Assembly: GCA_002104905.1 (NCBI GenBank)
Contig: MCFE01000742.1
Coordinates: forward strand, 1-40,488
Length of the DNA: 40,488 nt
Source: Basidiobolus meristosporus CBS 931.73
Lineage: Eukaryota; Fungi; Basidiobolomycota
Direction of reading: 5' to 3'
Shown here: positions 1-13,048 of the stretch, piece after piece
Layout: every line of letters starts with the position of its first letter
Position numbering within the stretch: the first letter of the stretch is position 1
The notes under the pieces: generated by a model
Databases searched by the model: none
What the model was told of the DNA's origin: nothing
The model's input: only the letters and a program-made list of their open reading frames with translations
Program-made: the position numbers and the translations under genes

Positions 1-376
1 CCAATCCATTACCCCATCCTGTCTCAGTGCTTGCCTTCTATATTATTATCCCCAGCACTGCTGCTGTGCCTCACCCCACCTCCCATTAGTATTAGCTAAT
101 ACCTCTTGGAATCAGTATAGCCAAAAAGTATGTATAGTCCTATCCCCCCTTAAGTATTCCTCAGTCTGATAAACACAGGTCTTGAATAAACAGCCTTGCC
201 TTGGAAATCCGCCTTGCCTTGTTGATCTACACCTAGGTCCTTTCCTGGTCCTGCCTTGCCTAGCCCTACTCTCCTGCCTTGTGTCTATTTATAACAGCAG
301 CATGAGTCAGCAAATGAATCAGCAGATCCTTATCAGACAGATATAGATGTATTAAGCAGGATCTGATTGGGTGATG

Positions 377-1618
377 TGTGGTAATGGAAAGTATTACATT
401 ACTACAATATCTCTAAACCAATATTGCACTCATTTCTTTATTTTGCTTTTTGCTATCGTAACACACAAGTGAAAGATCAAGAATTTCCAACTTTGATGGA
501 CAAATGCTCCAGACCCTGCAAGCAATCCACCCAAGAATATTATGTCATACAGAACACGTAGTAGCCAACACATGTTTCAAATTACAGCTCATTTGAAGCA
601 GTACTTAAGGAGTTATGACCAAAAGAGTCCAACTATTATATATACTATGCCTTATTGCTAGGATTACTATGGTGACTTTGATCGCGTGTAGCTTTTGAAC
701 CAGCCAATCAAATCACGTGAAATTTTCACAGGTGCTGCGCCTATGTCCGATCTGCGCCACTGCAAAATTTTAGCTTCGTATCACGTGTATTGCTTGCGCA
801 ATCGCCCAAAAACTTTGATCCTTCAAAATTTTCATACATATGACTTCCCCAGCTGAAAAATAAAGGGAGAGCCTCTCTTTCCAGAATCTCCACACTACGA
901 TTACAAGTTTAAAGGTTATAAGACTTCTCCTGCATCACTTGCACTGTTGAGTATTCTGACTTTGATCAGTACTACATCAGTAAAGAGACTGCAAAGCTCA
1001 CAAGAATCCAATCTAAGTTCTACAAGAAACTACCACTTTTCTGTTGGAAAAGTCCCCTCTAAGAAACCCCTTTACTCTAAAGACACCCCTTTAGACACCC
1101 CTTTAATCTAAAGACCCCTTTAGAGACCCCTTTAAGAAACCCCTTTACTCTAAAGAAGCCCCTTTAGGCACCCCTTTAGTGTAAAGTCCACTTTAGAGAC
1201 CACTACAAGAAGCCCCTTTACTCTAAAGGCACCCCTTTAGACACCCCTTTAGGTCTAAAGACCCCTTTAGAGACTTCTACAACACACCCCCTTAGGTTAA
1301 AGGGGAGTTCAGAATTTCCATATTAGGAAATATTTTCTCAGAAAGGAAAGTGACTTCCAAATAAGGAAAAGTTACTATAAACGTAAATAACCCCATTAGT
1401 CGACAGAAGGTCAGAACACTGCTGTAGAAGTGATAAACACTGCCTACAGTATATTTTGAGCCTAAGATTGAGGGAATTAGTGAAAGTTATATCTTCTATC
1501 GGTATATCAAACTCCCAATAAACTATTTCAGTATTAGCATACTGGAAGTTGTTGTATATTGTTGATTAGCCTCTACATTGTAGAACAAGCCCCAAACTAA
1601 TCATAATACAACACAACA
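377..1618 (+). repeat. 5' LTR (1242 bp)
   Basis: Begins TGTGGTAATGGAAAGT and ends ATAATACAACACAACA, matching 6644-7843 and the inverted fragment at 39988-40222. Confidence 0.95.
1054..1307 (+). repeat. Irregular tandem array of CCCCTTTA / CTCTAAAG motifs inside the 5' LTR
   Basis: About a dozen or more (A/C)CCCCTTTA(G/C/A) units interspersed with CTCTAAAG-like units; the counterpart in the 3' LTR (7322-7532) is about 40 bp shorter. Confidence 0.9.
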
Positions 1619-1624
1619 AGAATT

Positions 1625-1640
1625 TGGTGGAGGACCTGGG
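1625..1640 (+). promoter_or_regulatory. Putative primer-binding site (TGGTGGAGGACCTGGG)
   Basis: Starts with TGG 6 nt after the LTR end; TGGTGGAG is complementary to the CUCCACCA 3' end typical of tRNA-Ala. The primer identity is inferred. Confidence 0.55.
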
Positions 1641-1685
1641 TAGTTTGAACCTTTCACTATACAAGCATCAAGAAACGTTACAAGA

Positions 1686-2572
1686 ATGACCAATACACCA
1701 CTCCCAGAGTTAATAGCCACCTTTAAAGGTGCCATTCCAGTAAATTCTCAGGAGAGAATGTTACTGAGTTTCTAGAAGAGTTTAACAATATAGCTGCAGC
1801 ATTTGAGCTATCACACAAGAACAAAATCCAGTTGTTTCCGTTTCTCTGTGAAGTTGAAGTATCAAGATTCTTACCAAGTTTGGACCCATTTAAGATATCT
1901 GTTGGCGCTAACTATAACTGGGACACTGCTCAACAAGCTATTTTAGCTGAGTACCAAAAGGAAGCACAGTTTGTTACACTAAATGAGCTAGAGATGCCTT
2001 ACGACAAGACCCAACCCTTGCAGAAGTACATTCAAAAGTTTGAGTCAAAAGCAAGGCATGTTGAAGCAGCTATTGGAATTCCAAGATATTATCAAAGAAA
2101 CTATTTTCTGATGAATATGCCTCCTGAAATATGTAATGCCATTAGCCACCAAGTTCAGGCTACAAGCTCCTACGACAATGTTAAACAAATGGTGTTAAAC
2201 TATCAATCAGGGTGACAAGTCATGGATTCCATTAATATTCAAATGAAGATTTCCACTCCAGCTAAACAAATTCTTCATCGTACAAATAACCCACAAAGTG
2301 ATCAGGTTAATGAATTGATTGATGCATTAGGAAAACTGACGCTTAAGTTGGACTCTCAAAGTGTACCATCATCAAGCATCAACAAGGCAAGACCAGAAAA
2401 TCCCAAAACAACCAGTAATTATCCACAGCAAACCAAATATTGTGTGTACTGTGAATCTGCTGAGCATAGCCGTTATGGTTGTCAAATATTGAAAATTGAT
2501 ATTGACAGTCATAAGGTTATGATTGATTGTTATGGGAAGATCTGTGATATTGCTGGAAACCCTTGCCTATAA
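1686..2572 (+). pseudogene. gag: gag (disrupted)
   Basis: ATG 1686 (MTNTPLPELIATFKGAIP) shifts frame near 1740 into KFSGENVTEFLEEF; in-frame TGA at 2213-2215; then the CX2CX4HX4C knuckle CVYCESAEHSRYGC. Confidence 0.85.
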
Positions 2573-5507
2573 CCCCTTGCCTATCAACAGAGGTTATGGT
2601 GGAATGAGGTCCTATGTACTTGCTCAAGAAGAATCAAGTAAAAGCACCAAGACATCAAATTTCATACAAGTCCAAAAGACTGCAGAAATTCCAAGCAATG
2701 AACGTTACGTACTTAAAATATCAGATCCATCAGGGCAGGTCCAAGAATATCTAATGGAAAAAGAGGAAGTTGAAGAGTTTAATTGCCTGATTGATAAGAG
2801 AAAGTATGTTTCTACAGAGAACAATCCTAAAAAAGTGTGTACCGACAAAAGAAATCAGCCAATTGTTGAAATACCAGTACAGCCAGAAACATCAAAAATC
2901 CAAAAAGAACACTTGCAACCTCAATCTAAGTATGACACTACTGCAATTACACAGAAAGTTATTGACAAATTCTGGAAATCTCCATTTCCACAACTTACAA
3001 ATCAAGAAATGTTCACCGCCATCAACAATCTCAGTCAACTACTACCAGAAATGGTTAAGCCTATGAACAAAGATATCCTGAAGAATTATCGAAAACAGTC
3101 ATCAACAACGTTATCAAGTGAACAACTACAATTTGAAGTGGAAAAAGCCTTTTACTCTATAACAACAGGAAGCTATGCTGTTACAATCAACAATGTTGAA
3201 GTGGAATGTGTTTTTGATTCTGGATCAGAAATCAATGCTATCACCGCTATGACTTTTGAAAAAATCAAATTGCCATCAACAGAAGTTGACTGGAATATGA
3301 GAACTGCTACAGGTGCAACAGAGAAGATGCTTGGACTTTGTCACTCTGTACCAATTGAAATTGGAGGAATCAGGGTTACTTCTCCCTTTTTCATTGTTGC
3401 CAATGGACCCACTTTTGAGGTATTGTTGGGACAACCATATGAGAGAAAATCTCTTCTACAAGCTGATAATAGACCTGATGGAAGCTTATGGCTGACAATC
3501 ACATCTGACAATCGAAAAAGAAGGGCAACCTTTTGTGCAGCAGAAGAGAATAATCCAAGAAATGCAGACACCATTCCAGTACAAAACATACAGGTTCATA
3601 AGGATATTTTGTTTTATGATCAACACTTCATTCCATTGACAACAAGTAAGACAAATACCAAGTATAAGCCAGTTGCATTGAAAGCAAAGCCAGTATCTAC
3701 TGGAATCTCACCATCTGCCCACGACAATCCTCAAATGGAGCCTTTGCACAAATATGACAAAATCAGACTCACAGAAGAGAAGCTCAAGGAGTTGGCTATT
3801 GGTACTACTCTTTCCACAGAGGAGAGAAGTCTCTTTTTGACTATGCTACAACACTATGACAATGTCTTTGCATTTAATGATGCACAAAGAGGATGTTTAT
3901 CCACAGAGCTATTTCCACCGGTTAAGATCCATACCGTTGAACATACACCATGGGCACTGAGATCATATCCTATTCCTTCAAGATTACTGAACAAAGTAAT
4001 TGAAATGCTACAATCAAGATTTCAAAGTGGAGTCATTGAATATAGCTATGGACCTTATCGCAATCCCTGGTTTACACCGTTGAAGAAAAATGGAAGTTTA
4101 CGATTTATTCAAGATGTACAACATTTGAATAAGGTCACCATCAAAGATGCTATGCAACCACCCATACAACATGAGTATATTGAGTCATTTACTGGATATC
4201 CTCTGATTACAACATTGGATCTTTATTCAGGATATGACCAAATACTTCTGGATCCTACCTCAAGAGATTTCACCGCTATGGATACACCAATAGGACTCAT
4301 AAGGATGACAAGAATTCCTCAAGGATGGACAAACTCTGTCCAAAATTATCAACGTGCAATGATCCGAGTTTTGGATGACTGTTTCCCTGAAACATGCCGA
4401 TCATTTCTGGATGACATTGCAGTTAAGAATAAGTCCAGAGAAAAAGATACATTGCATGTCTTACCTCAAGTAAGAAGATATGTTTATGATCACATAAGCA
4501 CAGTTGAGAGGGTCATGAAGAAACTTCAAGCTTCTGGTCTGACTGTATCAGGAGCCAAATGCAAGTTTGGCTACGACAAAGCAATCATTCTAGGTGAACT
4601 TGTTACTGAAAAAGGGAGATTGCCTGATCCTGCAAAACTTTCATCGGCACTAAATTGGAAGCCACCAAGGAATATTCATCAAGTCAGACAATTATTAGGA
4701 CTTACTGGTCTATTCAGAATCTGGATCAAGAACTATGCTCAAATTGCTAAGCCACTGACTCAGTTATTACAGAAAAACCAGAAATTTCAATGGCATGAAG
4801 AACAGGCAAATGCTATGTCGACATTGCTTGAGTCATTATCAAAGCCACCTGTCTTAGCAGCTATAGACTACAGTGTTATTGATTCACAACCAATCATTGT
4901 ATCAGTTGATAGCTCTGGAATTGGGGCTGGTGGAATCATGATTCAAGTTTCAAAAGATCATCATCGACAACCTTGCAAATATCTTAGCAGACTATTCAAA
5001 GGGAATGAGCTTAACTATCCATCTATCAAGAAAGAAGCACTGGGAGTACTCTATGTACTCAAAAAGCTAAAGCCATACTTATTAGGAGTACACTTCACAC
5101 TGGAGGTTGATGCCAAGCCATTATTAGGAATGTTGAATAAGTTGGAGCTTTTGCCTGATCCTATTCTAGCACGGTGGATATCATACATCCAGATCTTTGA
5201 CTTTACGCTGCAACACATACCAGGAGCCAATCACAAAGGACCTGATGCCTTATCTAGAAAGCAACCAAATTCACCATACTCAACTGATGATGATGAGATT
5301 GATGAGTTCCTTGAAAACACTAGTCTTGGATTCTCATTCAGACATATGATACAAAGCAATTATCAACAAATCAAGGAATTTCTTACATCACTCAAAGTTC
5401 CTGCTGATATTCCCACAAATCAACGCACAAATTTTAAAAGGAAGGCTCTGAAGTTTTTACTGCATGACGGCACACTTTTCAGAAAAAGCAAACATGGAGT
5501 TCCTTGA
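2571..5507 (+). pseudogene. pol: pol: aspartic protease, reverse transcriptase, RNase H
   Basis: Track ORF 2523-5507: VFDSGSEIN, NPWFTPLKKNGSLRFIQDV, LDLYSGYDQI, IPQGWTNS, SFLDDI, VDSSGIGAGG, HIPGANHKGPDALSR. Ends at an in-frame TGA just before the integrase zinc finger. Confidence 0.93.
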
Positions 5508-6635
5508 CGGTATATACATAACAAGCATGATCAAGAGAAGATCATTCAAGAATTGCATGAATCTGAATCAGGAGGTCATAAGGGAATTACATCAACATAT
5601 GCAAAAATCTCCTTACAGTATTTTTGGCCAACACTGTACACCGACACAAAAGAATATGTGAAATCATGTATTCCATGTCAAAGAAGAGACAACCAAAAGA
5701 TGCATGAACCACTTCACAGTATATACACATCTTATGCTTGGCAAATTGCACATGTAGATATTATACATTTACCAAGGGCAACAGCTGGGTATAAGTATGT
5801 GGTGGACTGTCGTGATAACTTTACTGGTTGGATAGAGGCTAGAATGCTGAAACAAGCCAATGCAAAAGCAGTAGCAAGATTTCTCAAAGAAGATGTATAT
5901 CTCAGACATGGTTCAGTTGGCACCCTTATTGCAGACAATGGAGAATGTGGATCTTATGAAATACAAGCACTAGCAACAAAGCATGGAACCAAGCTTATAC
6001 ATACTACGCCATATCACCCACAAGCAAATTCACCAGTTGAACGTGGACATTCTGCTTTTGCAAACACATTAGTAAAGCTTAGCTATGAAGAACCCAACAA
6101 ATGGGCAAATAACTTTCATGCAGCAATTTGGTCTGATAGAGTCACGGTTAAAAGAAGTACAGGGTATACACCTTTTTTTTTAATATATGGACATGAAGCT
6201 GTTTTGCCAATAGACATATCTTTTGAGAATGGGCTTACCCTCCCATGGAAACCAACCATGACAACATCAGAGCTATTGCTAGCAAGAGTACAACAGATTC
6301 AACAAGCACACACTCTGCAACAGAATGCAATAGAAAACCTGAAGAAATCCAGAATGGCTGGCAAGGAGTACTTTGACGCTCAAAAATGCCTAAGAAAAAC
6401 ATTGTTAGAAGTAGGTGAGTTGATACTACTTCACAACACAAAAAGCCAAAGAAACAAGGCATCCAAGCTGGATATGCGATGGCAAGGTCCCTACAAGATC
6501 ATACATGCAAACAAAAATGGATCTTACAAACAAGCAGAACTTGACGGTACACCACTTGCACTGACACAACCTGGTAACAGATTGAAGAAGTTCCATATCA
6601 GAAGTAATAATGAGGGCATTATTTCTCAAAGTTAG
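5508..6635 (+). pseudogene. pol: pol: integrase (same frame as RT/RH, separated by TGA 5505-5507)
   Basis: HHCC (LHESESGGHKG...CIPCQ), DDE residues (HVDII, IADNG, VERGH) and C-terminal GPY/F motif (WQGPYKI); no chromodomain visible. Confidence 0.93.
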
Positions 6636-6641
6636 GGGAGA
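6628..6641 (+). promoter_or_regulatory. Polypurine tract
   Basis: AAAGTTAGGGGAGA immediately upstream of the 3' LTR start at 6644. Confidence 0.75.
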
Positions 6642-6643
6642 CT

Positions 6644-7843
6644 TGTGGTAATGGAAAGTATTCCATTACTACAATATCTCTAAACCAATATTGCACTCAT
6701 TTCTTTATTTTGCTTTTTGCTATTGTAACACACAAGAGAAAGATCAAGAATTTCCAACTTTGAAGAGCAAATGCTCCAGACCCTGACAAGAAATCCACCC
6801 AAGAATATTATGTCATACAGAACACATAGTAGCCAACACATGTTTCAAATTACAGCTCATTTGAAGCAGTACTTAAGGAGTTATGACCAAAAGAGTCCAA
6901 CTATTATATATACTATGCCTTATTGCTAGGATTACTATGGTGACTTTGATCACGTGTAACTTTCGAACCAGCCAATCAAATCACGTGAAATTTTCACAGG
7001 TGCTGCGCCTATGTCCGATCTGCGCCACTGCAAAATTTTAGCTTTGTAGCACGTGTATTGCTTGCGCAATCGCCCAAAAACTTTGATCCTTCAAAATTTT
7101 CATATATATGACTTCCCCAGCTGAAAAATAAAGAGAGAGCCTCTCTTTCCAGAATCTCCACACTATGATTACAAGTTTAAAGGTTATAAGACTTCCCCTG
7201 CATCACTTGCACTGTTGAGTATTCTGACTTTGATCAGTACTACATCAGTAAAGAGACTGCAAAGCTCACAAGAATCCAATCTAAGTTCTACAAGAAACTA
7301 CCACTTTTCTGTTGGAAAAGTCCCCTCTAAGACACCCCTTTAGTCTAAAGACCCCTATAGAGACCCCTTTAAGAAACCCCTTTACTCTAAAGAAGCCCCT
7401 TTAGGCACCCCTTTAGTGTAAAGTCCACTTTAGAGACCACTACAAGAAGCCCCTTTACTCTAAAGACACCCCTTTAGGTCTAAAGACCCCTTTAGAGACT
7501 TCTACAACACACCCCTTTAGGTTAAAGGGGAGTTCAGAATTTTCATATTAGGAAATATTTTCTCAGAAAGGAAAGTGACTTCCAAATAAGGAAAAGTTAC
7601 TATAAAAGTAAATAAGCCCATTAGTCGACAGAAGGTCAGAACACTGCTGTAGAAGTGATAAACACTGCCTACAGTATATTTTGAGCCCAAGATTGAGGAA
7701 ATTAGTGAAAGTTATATCTTCTATCGGTATATCAAACTCCCAATAAACTATTTCAGTATTAACATACTGGAAGTTGTTGTATATTGTTGATTAGCCTCTA
7801 CATTGTAGAACAAGCCCCAAACTAATCATAATACAACACAACA
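6644..7843 (+). repeat. 3' LTR (1200 bp)
   Basis: Colinear with 377-1618; roughly 3% substitutions by eye in the first ~550 bp, several at CpG, and a shorter internal array. Confidence 0.95.
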
Positions 7844-10250
7844 GAATATTGGGCCTTACTTCACCTTTTGGGAGTTTCCTATGGAGCGGATGTGTGGGGA
7901 GATAGGAAGACAAGTCAAGCAGTAGGCACTACCATATCCCAAACTCATCAAGAATATTACCTTCAAGTCCGTCATGGATGTTATGAGTTGGCACATGGAG
8001 GACAGCCAGAAAGAGTTGGAAAATACTGAGGACAAATGTGCACATAGAGACACCTATGCCTATGGCATTAAGAAGCTAAGCAGCCCCAATGTGTGGGCAA
8101 TCAGTTAAGTATTGCAAAGTTGGGTTGGGTGCAACAAGCAACTAATTCTTATCAGGAAAACTCTACCAAGATATGCCAGATTTCTCATGGTCACAAGCCA
8201 ACTTCTATATCATTCAATACAGAATTCACACAAACAAAAGCCATAGCATACCTATAAGGGGGACTAGAATCCAGCAGGGAGAAGGAATATTTTGGCTGAA
8301 TACCATGAAGTTCTTTGCAGATATTCAGGAGGTATTCATGGCAGAAGTGGCAACAACCAAGCATATGTTTGCAAGATGTATATGTTACCAGCAGTACAAG
8401 ATATATGGCAACTTTGCAAGTATCACACTAAAAAGCTGTAAAGTTGAGGTGATAGAAGTATGTCAATTGTAGCAGGTGTGCACGTTTGTAGAGGCTAGTA
8501 AGCAGGAGGTCATAGTATTTTTTGATTTGAACTATATGTGGAATACCCAAGGTAGTAGTGGGTTAGCAAATAAAGAGGGGTGATTCTACAATGGAATATA
8601 TGAATTGCACAAGGGGAGGTAGAAAAAGAAAATACCGTTTGGCAAACTGGCACAGTTGCATTATACTGAACTAGCAGTAGGCCGTCATACTGCCAATATA
8701 ATGCCATCAGAGTCTTGCTGTGAGGCCGTCAAAATACCGTCAAGTTTCTTGCCATATAAGGCAATTGGATGTCCTGGCCACCTGGATCCACTGAAATAGA
8801 TATAGAGCGCTAAAAGACCGCAACAATACCATGCAAATATTGTCACAGCCCCAATAAAATATTGTCAAGTTTTATCCCTTTATTTAGTAGTATAATTAGC
8901 AAAACACCATCATGATCCTGTCATAAGATTGTTAGGAGGGTCACAAATTCCATGCTGCTAGTATTATGATGGTCTTTAAAAGGGATCCTGACAGCTGATC
9001 TGGATTGGGTCCACCCATGGGACCAAATTATCTTTCATAGGGTTGGTATGTGGAGGACAGGCAATAACAGGCACAGCAAAAGGTTGCAGCACTTCTTCAA
9101 GAGCAGTGCTCAAGTGGATGCACTTGAATATTGCAAGAATTTATTGCAGCAACTGGCAGATGAGGTGCTAGACTTTTCAGTGCTGGTTGAAGTCCAGGAC
9201 ATAGGAGAACCAGTGAATGAACATTGGCATAAACCTGTGGGGTTCCCACTAAATCCTTGGAAAAAGGGCATTTTGGAAGAAATACTTATTGAATGATGGA
9301 TTTTAATGCAGTTACCTGTTGAGTGTGAGGTTGGGCTAATTGTAAGCATTGGGAATAGGGACTTGTATAAGCTGGTAATATTTGAAATTAAGTTACAACT
9401 GAAGATTGAAAGGAAATAAGCCAATTTGTATACATGAAACACAAGAGAATTGTGTGAGTAAGGAAGTAAGGAGTATGAAAAAGAGGCAATATCCAATCCA
9501 TGTACCCAAACATAGGTGATGCATGAGTGCCTGGGATCAAAAAGTGAGAGAATTGGCAGAGAATCAATCACATGCCACTTATGTATTATTGTGATAAGAA
9601 ATTTTGACTAAGTTTTTAGTGAAATCTGGGGTGTGAACTTTTCTAAACAGTCTTTTTATGGTGTCCTAATGGCATCCATACCTCTTAGCCACAGGATTCA
9701 GATTTTGTGATGCCTTTTGACAGGATCATCACATTAATTTTTTGTAGGGCTATTCAGCAGTAAAATCAGCAAAATACTGACACAATCCCATCACAAAATT
9801 GTGAAGAGGGTCAATAATATCAAGCTGTTGGCATTAAGATGGCCTCATTGCGGGATCCTGATGGCTGATCTGGATTGAATGCCACCCACTGGACCAAATG
9901 ATTTTCATGGGGGCTTACTTGGCATCATATCTCTGGATTTGGTGTCATTTGGTACCGCCAATCAATTTAAGTTCAGTATTGCATTATAATAAGCTATGCT
10001 CTTTTAGGTACCCTGGTGTGTCATATGCAAGGTTGGGATCTTGGGTAATATCTTCTGATAGAGATATCCTACAATGTCAAAGTCACTTGGGACTTAAGGT
10101 CAGTGTAGAAGTACAGCTAACTGCCAAATGTAAACTACATAGAATTAGACTGTATAGGAGGGAACTTCCTGACCACATGAGGCTGAGGAGGAATCCAAAG
10201 TTGGAAGCTCGCATGGCCACTGGCAACCCATCTATGATGTTTTGAGGAGA
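7844..10250. mobile_element. Degenerate, CpG-depleted repeat-derived DNA containing a diverged ~160-bp duplication
   Basis: No long ORF, few CG dinucleotides; 8881-9042 aligns to 9751-9912 at about 70-75% identity. The minus-strand peptide IDPLHNFVMG weakly recalls the DPMHN motif of CACTA/EnSpm-like transposases. Confidence 0.4.
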
Positions 10251-13048
10251 TTCAAGCATCTCTGCTGCTCCAAAGCACCATCAGCAATATCAATGGCGAC
10301 ATGCTTTCCAGAATCATACAACGTTCCCAGCCAAGTACCAGATGCATAAGCCTTGATTATCTGAATAGAAAGCCTTTGCCCCAAGATTTCTTCAACGTTA
10401 GACCCATGGTTAGACGCAACGCCATTGAACAATCATTCCCCATCCATCAGACATCCATTGCCTAACTACTAGCACTTGATTTCCGATGTATCCAACTGTT
10501 AGCGTATCTGGCTAAATCATACCAAGTGACCTCGTCAACCTCCAGTCTTACCCACTGCAAAATCCAAACCCCTTGACCCCGAGGAATACCATGGGGCAGC
10601 TCTTATCCCATGGTTCGACCTGGAAATGGAGGCCACAGATACGGTTTCACTAGCGATCCAACGCTTGTCCACTTTGCCACCATCCCTAAAAGAGGCACGC
10701 AATGGCATTCCTACAGGCCAAGCGGTCACGTGGACCCGTGAATACGACATGGTGATTCTGAGGTGAGGGGATCGGTCTCCAGGGTAACGTAACATTATCC
10801 ATCGAGTGGATGAAGTTAGCCATAGCATGAATAGCTGAGTTCGGCATTGTACCATTGAGTGCATGCTGATCGTGGGTGGTAGGGAGTGGATACTACGCAG
10901 ACCCATCTCCCCTGACAAGCATCAATCTGGGAGAAGCAGAAGTGGATGCAAATAGAGTGAGTATCTGATTCGGTTGGTGCTAATGGCAAGCATCACTGGA
11001 ATCCTCCATCGAATAATCTAGATCTTGATAACTACAAGCTATCAAGAAGCTCGCAACTAGTTACCGTCATACAAATAAAAGGAACCAGAGCCCCCCCCCC
11101 AATTTTCGGCCAATGAAGACCAAGCATCGGACAGTTCATCGACAAGAAGCCAACGCTCCGAAATCAACGAGAGTGGAAGAACAAAATTGGCACCACCCAG
11201 GCTCCAATCCTCCACTGCCAGCTGATACGATGGCATCTAATACTTCTGGTGCCGTCCGACATCACCCTATCCCTTCTCACCCAGCGGCGATTGATGTCCA
11301 AGTGTGGCCCTGTGTATTCATACGACGCATGCCCAGCCTGGACAGCCTGGTGGTTGCAAATAAATCGATGAAGTGCCTTGAATTCGGGCCAATGCGATCC
11401 ACTCACCGGGAGACGTGGTCTACGGTGACGTCTCCAATCATGGGGATCCATCACCTGAGCCTCGATGGAACGGTGTCTCCTGGTCGGCTCGATGCATTCC
11501 AGGGGAATCGCCAGCCTACTCCTGCAACCATCCATGGCCCGTGACGGCGCCTAGGAAGAGCGAAAACTTGTTTGCCCTTGGGACTCTTAGTCAGCAGCAA
11601 GGCCACTTTCGTCAGCCAAGTTGTCTACATCCTGACGAATGTTTCGGGGCGAAGCGTGTTCATGTGATGATTCTCACCCAAGAGGCGAGCCGTATTATCT
11701 ATGGTGCACGGGGAGATATCTGAAGCTGGTCAGCCTATAAAAGGAATCACCAGGGTGACACAAGCCAGCAGCCATCGAGTCTCAGACAGCATTCACCCAC
11801 TGCCCCTTGCTGAGATTGGAAATGATTTGGGAGGGGACGGTCATGACTAATCCTAGCGCCAGAGATACTGGTCCTGCCGCCGTCTTGAGCCTAAGGATGG
11901 CACATCTGCCAGGGGTGGTTGGTGGGAAGGATGGTGTGCGAAAGGCTCAACCGACGGATGACGTTCCACCCATCGCATAGCTGGGATCCGTTCAAACATG
12001 CCCCCTTTCGAATATGGTGGGTTGGGCCGATTCCTAAGGGGCTGCCTCCTCTAGCCGCGGTGGGCATTGTTTCATGAGACGTTCTGCAGGAATCCCACAT
12101 GAAAGTAACTACGGCAATGATCTGACGATAGATCTCAAACACCACCCAACCTACCAACGCCATCACCACCATTGGAGGCACACGGGCATTCTATCGACCC
12201 ATCCGCTATCCGACACCATCTGATGGGCCACGAACACTCGTCTGTATGGAATTCCGTGCTAGGCTTCACAGCGTACGAACATCACTCTACGCTCCCTCTG
12301 CATCTGTTTCTGCCTGTGTGCCCTCCATTAAACCCTAATTGCTGACCAACCCGCAAGGTGCACCACCTTTGGCCAATCAGCGCGGGCCTCTCTCTGGCCA
12401 GGACTGTTGGAGGATGGCTTCCGGGATACAAGGCATCCTGGCCACTTGGTTCCCACTAGATGCTAGCCATCAAAGTGGGGATAGATGGCAGTGGAGACAT
12501 CCACCCACGCACAGTGCCAAGAATAGATCTAAAACGAATCAAAGCTGTGGGGTACAGTCGTAACACATGTTTATCTGGACGAAATTAACGAGTATCCCAA
12601 CCTTATGCATGCGTCTACTTGGTTTTAGTATCCCGCTGATAGCTAGGTGCCCCTTAGCAAATAAGTGGTTCCCTGTGTTCGAGCTGAGCCATATTGGTGC
12701 CTACCGTTACACGAATAACCGCTCAAATTCGATAGCTTGTATGTGAATGCCCATTCTCTCGCCCTATGGCAGCCAGGCCAATATCTCCCAATCGTCCAGT
12801 GGATCTCACACTTTTTCGTAATCATCTTATTACTCGTACGCACCATTAGCTGACTCCAGCGAGCGTCAGCCATGCGCCTGGACTACCCCTGAATATGGGT
12901 TGAATAAAATACCTGTGTCTTCTCGAAGCAGCATTGTAGCTTACCCATTGTGTCTTCATCCGGTTGGAATCCTCAAGGTAGCCAGGACTCGCCTTCCCCT
13001 TCCCCTTCCATTGCTGCAACTCATTCCTCTAACTGTTTGGCGTTCCAG

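Larger units (their letters stand above)
377..7843 (+). mobile_element. Full-length but disabled Ty3/Gypsy LTR retrotransposon (gag, PR-RT-RH-IN)
   Basis: Direct LTRs 377-1618 and 6644-7843 with TG...CA ends; PBS-like site and PPT; CCHC knuckle; domain order protease (DSGSEIN), RT (FLDD), RNase H (VDSSGIGAGG), integrase, which is the Gypsy order. Confidence 0.97.

Noticed and set aside
190-285. Short GCCTTGCC repeats upstream of the LTR
   Set aside because: Four loose copies in a CpG-free fragment cut by the window edge; probably part of another repeat and not interpretable here.
1054-1307. CRISPR-like repeat array
   Set aside because: Irregular short units with no unique spacers, inside a eukaryotic LTR, and no cas genes.
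2213-2572. Programmed readthrough or +1 frameshift in the Gypsy element
   Set aside because: The TGA falls inside gag before the zinc knuckle and fits CGA to TGA; the frame change is explained by a 13-bp duplication.
11290-11450. DIRS-like motifs on the minus strand (WIPMIGDVTVDHVSR; IDLFAT)
   Set aside because: The spacing between motifs is too short, no upstream RT/RNase H core or recombinase is visible, and the stretch could equally be an exon/intron; too weak to call.
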